Under the pieces are notes generated by a model that was not told the origin of the DNA, made no database searches, and worked only from the letters and a program-made list of their open reading frames with translations. This document shows positions 18,915-28,100 of a DNA stretch of 64,000 nt, in pieces. The first letter of the stretch is position 1, and each line of letters opens with the position of its first letter. Both the position numbers and the translations under genes were made by a program. Source of the DNA: an uncultured Acidobacteriota bacterium (GTDB taxonomy: Bacteria; Acidobacteriota; Thermoanaerobaculia; Multivoradales; UBA5704); contig CAVYRF010000001.1 in NCBI GenBank assembly GCA_963770895.1, forward strand, positions 704,481 through 768,480, in the 5' to 3' direction.

Positions 18915-18955
18915 GTAATTGCGGTCAATGTACCAACGGCCCAAGGAGGGCTCCG

Positions 18956-19084
18956 ATGAAGAAAACGCTGATCAAGATTCGTCGTGAGACGCTGATCCCA
19001 CTCGAGGATCAATCCACTTGGCGCATCGCGGTGGTGGGCGCGACGGGCAAGTGCCCTTCCATCAACATCGGGTGCAATCAGTAA
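18956..19084 (+). CDS. 42-aa RiPP-precursor-like peptide (KETL-type leader, Gly-rich junction, 2-Cys C-terminus)
   Basis: ATG 18956 lies 5 nt after AAGGAGGG (18943-18950). The peptide is MKKTLIKIRRETLIPLEDQSTWRIAVVGATGKCPSINIGCNQ. A strong hairpin follows the stop, and the local GC and codon third positions are atypically AT-rich. Confidence 0.55.
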   Translation: MKKTLIKIRRETLIPLEDQSTWRIAVVGATGKCPSINIGCNQ

Positions 19085-19101
19085 AGCCCGAATCGGTATC
19101 G

Positions 19102-19131
19102 TCTGCGGGCGGGTTACAACCTGCCCGCAGA
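19102..19131 (+). terminator. stem-loop directly downstream of the 42-aa peptide gene
   Basis: TCTGCGGGCGGGTT-AC-AACCTGCCCGCAGA gives a stem of about 12 bp (one G-U pair) with a small loop, 18 nt after the TAA. Only a weak T-run follows. Confidence 0.5.
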
Positions 19132-19221
19132 TCCGGCCATTTCACCAATTCGCCCAGGAGCGCCGCCTTCGCGGCTGGTGCCGTTGTTCATCGCTGGGCT
19201 CGCCGAGCACTTGCAAATGAC

Positions 19222-20052
19222 TCATGACGCGAAGATCGCGCTGATCTCGCGCGGGCTGGCGGCCTCCTCGGCATAGGTGAAGGTGCCGTGCTCGCGCATC
19301 TCGCGCGCGGCGCGCAGGAAGGCGCCCAGCGCGGCGCGCGCCAGCGAGCTGCCGATGCTGATCCGCCGCACCCCCATCTCCGCCAGGGCGGCCTGGCTCA
19401 GCTGCACGCCGCGCAGCCCCATCACCACGTTGACCGGCCGGTCCACCGAGCTGATCACCGCCGCGATGTCTTCCCTGGTCGCCAGGCCCGGCGCATACAG
19501 CACGTCGGCGCCCGCCTCCTGGTAGGCCTGCAAGCGGGCAATCGTGTCCTTGATGTCCGGACGGCCGTGCAGGTAATTTTCGGCACGGCCGGTCAGCATG
19601 AAGGGGACGGGGAGCGCCCGCGCCGCCTCCGCCGCGGCGCGCACCCGATCCGCCGCCAGCTCGCGCTCATAGATCGGACTGTCGGCGCGCCCCGTCGCGT
19701 CCTCGATCGAACCGCCGACCACGCCCGCGGCCGCCGCCAGCCGGATCGTCTCGGCAGCCGCCTGGGGGCTGTCGCCGAAGCCGTTTTCCAGGTCGGCGCT
19801 CACCGGCAGATCGGTCGCGTACGCGATCTGCGCCAGGTGTTCCATGATCATTTCGCGGTCGACCGCGTTATCCAGCTTGCCGACCGAAAACGCGAAGCCC
19901 ATGCTGGTCGTAGCCAGCGCTTCGAAGCCAAGGTGGGCCAGCAGCCGCGCGCTGCCGATGTCCCAAGGATTGGGAATGATGAACGCCCCGGCGCGCTCAT
20001 GCAGCGCCCGAAACGCCTGTCCTTTTTCAACTTGCGAAGTCATCGTCGTCAC
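19222..20052 (-). CDS. isocitrate lyase / PEP mutase superfamily enzyme (2-methylisocitrate lyase-like)
   Basis: Signature lines are FIIPNPWDIGSARLL, PVSADLENGFG, GGSIEDA and YAPG. The start is either GTG 20052 or ATG 20043. Confidence 0.85.
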   Translation of the reverse strand: MTTMTSQVEKGQAFRALHERAGAFIIPNPWDIGSARLLAHLGFEALATTSMGFAFSVGKLDNAVDREMIMEHLAQIAYATDLPVSADLENGFGDSPQAAAETIRLAAAAGVVGGSIEDATGRADSPIYERELAADRVRAAAEAARALPVPFMLTGRAENYLHGRPDIKDTIARLQAYQEAGADVLYAPGLATREDIAAVISSVDRPVNVVMGLRGVQLSQAALAEMGVRRISIGSSLARAALGAFLRAAREMREHGTFTYAEEAASPREISAIFAS

Positions 20053-20239
20053 CCGATCTCAAGCGCCTTGCCAGTGAACCGCCAGCAGCGGAGCTCCCGC
20101 CAGCGCCAGCGCCAGCCCAGGCCGCCGCCGTGAGCCCTCAGTATATTGCGCCGGCACCCTCGGCAGTGTGCCGCCGGGTCGGCCGGAAGGTAGCGCGCAA
20201 TGGCGGTGGGCCGGTGCCTGGGCGGCGATGCGCCGGCGA

Positions 20240-20620
20240 GGTGGACCGGCGGGTCGGTCGGTTGGTCGATCGGGCGGCCGAGTGGACCGGTGGACTGTGT
20301 GGTGATCGGTCGGCGGGGCGGACCGGTGGGGCCGGTGGGTCAGTTGGCGATCGGTCGGCGGCTTGGATCGGGGGTCGATGGGTCAGGCGTGCAATCAGGG
20401 CGAAAAAGGTAGCGGGTCGAGGGGGAGGTCGGGTGGTGGACCGGTGCACCGGCGACGATGGTTCGGCGGAGGGGACCGGGCGGGTAAGTCGGTTGGCGAA
20501 GCGATGGAATGATGGGGCTGCGGCGGACCGTTGGGTCGGCCGGCGAAGGGTCGGCGGGGCAATGGAGCGTTGGGCAGGTGGGGTGGTGGGCAGGGGGTGT
20601 GGGATGTGAGTCTGGCCGAT
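20240..20620 (+). other. G-skewed degenerate-repeat intergenic tract with a G-quadruplex-type motif
   Basis: The plus strand is strongly G over C, with recurring GGTCGG, GGACCGGTGG and GATCGG words. GGGTGGTGGGCAGGGGGTGTGGG lies at 20581-20603. ORFs on both strands here have nonsense-like composition. Confidence 0.6.
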
Positions 20621-20637
20621 GGGATAAAATTGCCGCC

Positions 20638-21915
20638 ATGCAGCTTGCATTTCTCACGCTCTTTTTGGGCCTGGTCACAGGCTCGCTGCCGCTGTCGCTC
20701 ACCGCCGGCCCCGACGTCGCCAAGGTCGAGATCGTGCTGGACGGCGCTCCGGTTCAACGCCTGGCCGCGCCGCCCTGGAGCGGCAGGATCGACTTTGGCG
20801 CCGCGTTGCTGCCGCACCACCTGGAGGCGCGCGGCCTGGATGCCCAGGGGCGCGAGGTGGCGCACGCCGAGCAGTGGATCAACGTCCCGCGCGACCCCGC
20901 GGAAGCGCAGATCGTGGTCGAAAAAGCCCAGCCGGGCCAGCCTCGCACCATCCGTCTGGCCTGGCAGAGCATCACCAGCGACGCGCCCACCAAGGTGGCG
21001 CTCACCTTTGACGGCGCGCCGCTCGCCTTCGACAGCCAGTACCGCGCCGTCCTCCCCGCCCTCCACGGCACCGACACGCACGTCGTCGCGGCCGAGCTGC
21101 AATTTGCCGGCGGCGCCACGGCGCGCCACGCCGTCGCTCTCGGCGGCGAATATGACGACGCCGTCGCCAGCGACCTGACCGCGGTCCCCGTCTGGATCGC
21201 GCCGCGCGCCGAGCTGCCGCCGCTCGCCAGCCTGCAGGGGTGGTTTGCCGAAGAGGGCCGCCCGCTCCAGGTGCAGGCTGCCGACGCTGCCGCGCCCTGG
21301 CTCCTCACCGTGCGCGACGCCGCGGCCATGAAACTGCTCCGCCTCAGTTGGATGGCCCGCGACCGCTTCCGCTTCAAGCTGCCGCCGGGCAGCCGCATGC
21401 GCTTCATCTGGCCCCAGGCCAAGCGCCATGAAGCCTCGGGCCTGCCTTCCGAGATCTTCGACAGCAGCACCTACGCCATGGACGTGGCGCGCGACAGCAT
21501 CCCCTGGCTGCTCACCCGCGTCCAGCAGCCCGGCGCGGACCATCCCCGCCTGGCCGACGCCGCCGCCGCCTCAGGCCTGGCGCTGGCCGCCGCCGCCGGC
21601 CCCCGCGCCCTGATCGTCGTCCTGGATCCCGACACCAAGGACTACAGCCACCTCGACAGCGCCACCGTCCGCCGCTACCTGGAAGCCATCCACATCCCCC
21701 TGTTCGTGTGGGCAGTCGGCCCCCCCTCCGCCGACCTGACCGCCACCTGGGGCCACGTCACCAACATCTCCGTCGAATCCGGCATGGAATCCGCCTTCGC
21801 CGCCCTGCGCCAGGTCCTGGACCGCCAGCGCATCGTCTGGCTCGCCGGCCACCACCTTCCCCAACGCATCGCCCTGACCCCAGCCGCCGCCGGCCTCCAG
21901 CTCACCCCGCCCTGA
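20638..21915 (+). CDS. hypothetical secreted/membrane-anchored protein
   Basis: ATG 20638 is in frame with ORF 20509..21915. The N-terminus MQLAFLTLFLGLVTGSLPLSLTAG is signal-like and the composition is ordinary. I recognise no family motif. Confidence 0.65.
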   Translation: MQLAFLTLFLGLVTGSLPLSLTAGPDVAKVEIVLDGAPVQRLAAPPWSGRIDFGAALLPHHLEARGLDAQGREVAHAEQWINVPRDPAEAQIVVEKAQPGQPRTIRLAWQSITSDAPTKVALTFDGAPLAFDSQYRAVLPALHGTDTHVVAAELQFAGGATARHAVALGGEYDDAVASDLTAVPVWIAPRAELPPLASLQGWFAEEGRPLQVQAADAAAPWLLTVRDAAAMKLLRLSWMARDRFRFKLPPGSRMRFIWPQAKRHEASGLPSEIFDSSTYAMDVARDSIPWLLTRVQQPGADHPRLADAAAASGLALAAAAGPRALIVVLDPDTKDYSHLDSATVRRYLEAIHIPLFVWAVGPPSADLTATWGHVTNISVESGMESAFAALRQVLDRQRIVWLAGHHLPQRIALTPAAAGLQLTPP

Positions 21916-22103
21916 CGGCCCCCCGCCGGCGGCGTTCACCGGATCAGCAAGGTTTTTGCGCCCGGCGACCGCCCGCAGCGGGCGCATCGCGCGGCATGCG
22001 CCGGCGATTTAGCTTCTTCGCCGCGATTCATCGATCTGCATACTGCGATTCGATAGCGCCCCGCGGCCGCCCCGGTGGTCCGCCGGTCGGCACCTACTAG
22101 GGT

Positions 22104-25100
22104 GTGTCTGACAGCGAGCACCCTTTCGCCGCGCGCGGAGCTGGCGCGGCTCCGCAGGACCTCGCGCCGGCCGGCGATCTGGACGGCGGGGACGGCCGTG
22201 ACGCGATGCTGCGGGCGGCCGGGCCGGAAGAGCGGGCCGCCCTGGCGCTGGCCTGGCTGCGGCGCCAGGCGGCGGCCACCCTCGACCGGGACGCCGCGCA
22301 GCTCCCCGCGGACCGTTCGCTGGTGGCCCTGGGATTGGACTCGCTGGCGGCGGCCGAGCTCTCGGGCGCCGTCGAAAACATCCTGAAAGTGCCGCTCGGT
22401 GTAGCCGACCTCCTGGCCGGCGCCAGCCTCGCGGAGCTGGCCGGCGACATCGCCCGCAATCTCGATGAGGCTGCGGCGGCGTCGCACGCCGGCCAAGCCG
22501 GCGGTACGGTCCACGCCGGGGACGACGGCCGCCAGGTGGTCGTGCCGGAGCCCCACCGCGCCGGCGCGCCGCCCCCCGCCGCGCCGTCGCCCCGCACCGC
22601 CCTGTCGTGGGGCCAGCGCGCCCTGTGGCTGGTGGACCGCATGGCGCCGGGCAACCCGGCCTACATCCTGGCCGGCGCCGCGCACGTCGGGGTTGGCGCC
22701 GCGCGCGGCGGCGACCTCGACGTGGCGCGGTTGTGTCAGGCCATTACCGCCCTGGTCGCTCGCCATGCGGCCTTGCGCATGCGGTGCGAGCAGGGGAGCG
22801 ATGGAGAGGTGGTGCAGGTGGTGGGCGACCAGCCGCTGTTCGGCTGGCTTGAGGTGGATGCCGGCGTCCTGAGCGAGCAAGGGTTGCACGAGCTGGTGGC
22901 AGAGGAGGCTTGGCGGCCGTTCGACCTCGCCCGCGGGCCGCTGCTGCGAGTGGCTCTGTTCCGCGGTGGCGGCCGGGCGCCGCTGCTGGTGCTCGCGGTG
23001 CATCACATCGTCGCCGACTTCTGGTCGCTCGGCGTGATGATCGACCAGCTGGGTGCGCTCTACCAGGGGCGCCTCCTGGCGCCGCTCGCGGCGACGCATG
23101 GCGAGCACGCGCGGCGCCAGGCGGAGCGGTTGGCGGGACCCGAGGGGGAGGCCCTGGCGGCCTGGTGGCGCGCCGCGCTGCCGCCGGGGGCGCCGGCGCT
23201 CGAGCTGCCGACCGACCGGCCGCGGCCGCCGGTGCAGGGATTCCGCGGTGGCGCGCGGACGCGCTGGTGGGAGCGGGAGCTGGTAGGGGAGCTCGACCGG
23301 CTGGGCCGGCGGGCCGGGGCCACGCCGTTCATGACCCTGCTGGCCGCCTACATGACGCTGCTGCACCGCTACACCGGCCAGCCGGAGCTGCGGGTGGGGA
23401 CGCCAGCGTCCGGCCGTGGCGCGCCGGACCTCTCGGGCCTGGTGGGCTACTTCGTCAATCCGCTGGTGGTGCGCGGCGAGCTGGCCGGCAACCCCGGCTT
23501 CGAGCAGCTGCTGAGCCGGGTGCGGCAGGCCGTGCTCGCGGTGTTTGCCCACCAGGACTTCCCGTTTGCGCTGCTCGCCGAGCTGCTGGGCGGCGCCCGC
23601 GATCCCAGCCGGCCGCCGGTGTTCCAGGCGATGTTCGTGTTCTACAGCGAGCGGCGCGCCGGCGAGCGCGGGATGAGCGGTTTCGCGCTGGGCGAGGCGG
23701 GCGCGCGGCTCGATCTTGGCGGCCTCACGCTCGAATCGGTGCGGCTGCCGCGGCGCGGCGCGCAGGTCGATCTGACGTTGCTGGCGGCCGATCGCGACGA
23801 TCGCGACCAGCGCGCCGAGCGCGAGGGTGCGCGGGCGGTCTCGTTGCAGTTCGACAGCGTGCTCTTCGACGGCGCCACGGCGGAGCGGATGCTGGGTCAC
23901 CTGTGCGCGCTGGCCGCCGCCGCGGTCGCCGATCCGGGGTGCGGCATCCGCGACCTGCCGCTGCTCACCGCCGGCGAGCGCCAGCAGGTGGCGGAGTGGA
24001 ACGCCACCGCCGTCGCCTGGCCTGGCGACCTGCGCCTGCACCAGCTTTTCGAAGAGCAGGCGCGCCGCACCCCGGACGCGGTGGCCGTGGTGGTCGACGC
24101 CGCTACCGACGCCGACGCCGACGCCGACGCTGATACCGGCGCCGACACCGCCGGCGCCGGGTCCCGTCGCGGCCCCGCACCGCCGGCGGCCGGCCGCGCG
24201 GTGGCTTCCGCCGCGTGCTGGACCTACCGCGGCCTCGACCGGCGCGCCGACCGGCTGGCGCGAAGGCTGCGGCAGGCCGGCGTCGGGCCGGAATCCGTGG
24301 TGGCGATCCTGGCCGAGCGCTCGGCCGCCATGGTCGCCGGCCTGCTCGCCATCCTCAAGGCGGGCGGCGCCTACCTGCCGCTCGATCCCGACCACCCCGC
24401 CGAGCGCCTGCGCCAGATGCTGCACGACTCAGGCGCCGGCGTGCTCCTGGCACAGCGCCGGCTGCTGCCGCGGCTGGGCGAGCCGGACGCGCCGCCTGTC
24501 GTCGCGGCCGCGGTGCTGGTGCTCGACGATCCCGACCGGGACGATTCCGCCCAGGACGAGCAGGACGATCCCGCCACCGGCGGTGCCGCGTTCGGCGCTG
24601 CCGCTCTTGCGCTGGCGCCCGACGGCCGGCCGGAGCGTGCGCCGCCGCCGCTGGAGCGCGCCGTCCACCCGGATAGCCTGGCGTACGTGATCTATACCTC
24701 GGGCTCGACCGGCCGGCCCAAAGGCACCATGAACACGCACCGGGGCATCGTCAACCGGCTGCTCTGGATGCAGCAGCAGTACCGATTGGCGGCCGACGAC
24801 CGGGTGTTGCAGAAGACGCCGCTGTCCTTCGACGTGTCGGTCTGGGAGCTGTTCTGGCCGCTCGCGACGGGGGCGTGCCTGGTGATGGCCCGTCCGGGCG
24901 GGCACCGCGACAGCGGCTACCTGCTGGCGGCGCTGGCGGCGCACCAGATCACCACCGTGCATTTCGTGCCGGCGATGCTGAGCGATCTTCTCGCGGCCCT
25001 GCCGCCGCGGGGCGATGCAAGCTCGGGCGCCGGCCCGTGGGACGCCGCGCCGGCAGGGCTGCGCCGGGTCGTGGCAAGCGGCGAGGCGCTGCCCTACGGT

Positions 25101-28100
25101 CTCCAGCAGCGCTATTACGCGGCGCTCGCGGCGCCGCTGCACAACCTCTACGGCCCTACCGAAGCCGCGGTCGACGTCACCCATTGGGCGACCGACCCGG
25201 ACGCCGATCGGCGGCTGGTGCCGATCGGGCGGCCGGTGGCCAACACCTGGATCCGGCTGGTCGACCGCCAGGGCGGGCTGGTGCCGATCGGTGTACCGGG
25301 CGAGCTGTGCATCGGCGGCGTGCAGCTGGCGCGCGGCTACCTGGGCCGCCCGGCGCTGACCGCCGAAAGGTTCGTGCCCGATCCGCTGGGCGACGCGGCA
25401 GGAGCGCGCCTCTACCGCACCGGCGACCTGGCGCGCTACCTGCCGGACGGTGCCATCGACTACCTGGGCCGCCTGGACCACCAGGTGAAGATCCGCGGCG
25501 TGCGCATCGAGCTCGGCGAGATCGAAGCTGCCCTGCTGCGCCATCCGGCCGTGCGCGAAGCGGTCGTCACCGTGGCCGCCGTGGCGGACCACGCCTCGCC
25601 GGCCGGCGCCGACCCGCGGCTGGCGGCCTACCTGGTGACGCGCGGGGCGGCCGCGCCGCCGCGGGCGGGAGAGCCGGCGGCTGGGGAGCCGGCCGCGCCG
25701 CCTGCTGCGCCGGCCGCCGCGCCGCCGTCCGACCTGGCCGACGACCTCCGCCGCCTGCTGCGTCAGAGCCTGCCGGAGGCGATGATCCCGGCGGCCTTCG
25801 TGGTGCTGCCCGCGCTGCCGCTGTCGGCCAACGGCAAGGTGGACCGCCGGGCGCTGCCGGCGCCGCGGTGGGGCGCCGCCGCGGTCGCGGGCACGCCGCC
25901 GCGCACTGCCGACCAGGAGATCCTGGCCGGCCTGTTCGCGGAGCTGCTGGGGCTCACGGTCGCTGGCGACCGCAGCGGCGACAGCAGCGGCAACGGCGGC
26001 AGCAGAGCTAGCGGCGACAGCAGCGACGACGGCGAAAGCAGCGGCAACGGCGGAAGCAGCGGCAACGGCGGAAGCAGAGGCAGCGTCGACAGCGGAGGCA
26101 GCGGCGCCGCGGCCGGCGGGTGGGTGGCTGGAACACAGGGGGGCGAAGCCGCGGACGCGCGCGGCGTCGCGGCGGCGAGCGGTGGGGAGCAAGGCGGCGG
26201 CCTTGGCATCGACCAGAGTTTTTTCGATCTCGGCGGCCATTCGCTGCTGGCGACCCGCCTGCTGGCGCGGGTGCGCCAGGTGTTCGCGGTGGAGCTGCCG
26301 CTGCGGCAGGTGTTCGAGGCGCCGACGGTGGCCAGGCTCGCCGCGGCGATCGCGGCGGCGCGGCGGGGCGACCTGGCGGCGGCGCCGCCGCTCGTGCCGC
26401 TGCCGCCCGCGGCTCGCCAGGGGCCGCTGGCGCTCAGCTTCGCGCAGGAGCGCATGTGGTTTCTCGACCAGCTGGAGGGCGGCGGTGCCACCTACAACAT
26501 GCCCGGCGTGCTGCGCCTCGCGGGCCCGCTGCAGGTGGCGGCGCTGCGCGCCGGGCTGGCGGAGGTGTGCCGCCGCCACGAGGTGCTGCGCACGACGTTC
26601 ACCGTGCGCGATGGCGCCGCGGGGCCGGTCGCCCGCGTCGCCCGGCCGGCCGCCGCTCCGGGGCCGCCGCTGCCGCTGGTGGATCTGTCCGGGCTGGCGG
26701 CCGGCTGCCGACAGGCGGTCGCCTCGCGGCTCGCCGCCCTGGAGGCGCGGCGCCCGTTCGACCTCGTCGCGGGCCCCGTGCTGCGCGCCGTGCTGCTGCG
26801 CCTGAGCGGCGGGCCGCCCGCGGCGGCGCAGGCGCTCCACCTGCTGCTGCTCACGCTGCACCACATCGCCGCCGATGCCGAGTCGGTCGAGGTGCTGGCG
26901 CGCGAGCTGGCCGCCCTCTATACCGCGGGTGCGACCGGCAGGCCGCCAGACGCGGCGGCGCTGCCGCCGCTCCCCGTCCAGTATGCCGACTTCGCCGCCT
27001 GGCAGCGGGCGGCGCTCAGCGGCGACCGGCGCGCGGCCGAGGTGGCTTTCTGGCGCGAGCAGCTTGCCGGCGCGCGCGGCGCACCGCCGGTGCTCGAGCT
27101 GCCCTGCGATCGGCCGCGCGGCACGGTGAGCGGCCGGCGCGGGGCGCGGCGCCCCGTGGTGCTGCCCGCCGCGCTGGCCGGCAGGCTCGCGGCGGTGGCG
27201 CGGGACCACCGCGCCACCCTGTTCATCGCCTTGCTGGCGGCCTTCGACACCCTGCTGGGCCGTTACGGCGGCCAGGACGACGTCGCGGTGGGCGTGCCGG
27301 TCGCCAATCGCGACCGCGCCCAGATCCAGCCGCTGATCGGGCTGTTCGTCAACACGCTGGTGCTGCGCCTCGACCTGTCGGGCGACCCCACCTTTGGCGA
27401 GCTCCTGGGGCGCGCGCGGCAGACGGCGCTGGCCGCCTACGGCCACCAGGAGATGCCGTTCGAGCAGCTGGTCGCCCACCTGCAGCCGCGGCGCGCAGCG
27501 GGCGAAAGCCCGTTCTTCCAGGTGGTCCTGGCGCTCCAGCCCGGCCTGGCGGCGCCGGCGATGGCGGGCCTGGCGGTCGAGCTCGCCCCCGGCGACACCG
27601 GCACCGCCAAGTTCGACCTGTCTTTGGCGCTCGACGTCGCGCCCGACGGCAGCCTTGCCGGCACCTGGACCTGGCGCGCCGGCCTGTTCGACCCGGCGAC
27701 GATCGAGCGGCTTTCGGTGCAGCTGCGGCAGCTGCTCGCGGCGGTCGCCGCGGGCGAACCGGGACCGGCGGGCCGCCTCTCCGAGCTGCCGCTGCTCGGC
27801 CCGGCCGAGCGCCACCAGCTGCAGCGGGAATGGAACGACGTCTGGCAGCCGGGCGGCGGCGACCTGCTGCATGCGGCGTTCGAGCGGCGGGCGGCGCAGG
27901 TGCCCGACGCGGTGGCGGCGGTGGAGGCCGGCCACGACGGCCTGATGGGGCGCAGCCTCACCTACGGCGAGCTGGCGGCGCGCGCCGGCCGGCTGGCGTG
28001 CCGGCTGGCGGCGCTGGGAGTCGCGCCGGAGCGGATCGTCGGCGTCTCGCTCCCGCCGTCGCTCGACCTGCTGGTGGCGCTGCTCGGCATCCTCAAGGCG

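Noticed and set aside
20130-20650. 159-aa (+) and 170-aa (-) ORFs in the G-rich intergenic tract
   Set aside because: Their translations are repetitive (GRxVG.. / PPxRS..) and simply mirror the DNA repeat. There is no RBS or start context, so I treated the tract as non-coding.
22015-22060. Fur/DtxR-type iron box upstream of the NRPS
   Set aside because: Only short direct words (GCGATTCATCGAT / GCGATTCGATAG) and an ATCGAT palindrome are present. There is no convincing 19-bp dyad, so no iron-regulation claim is made.
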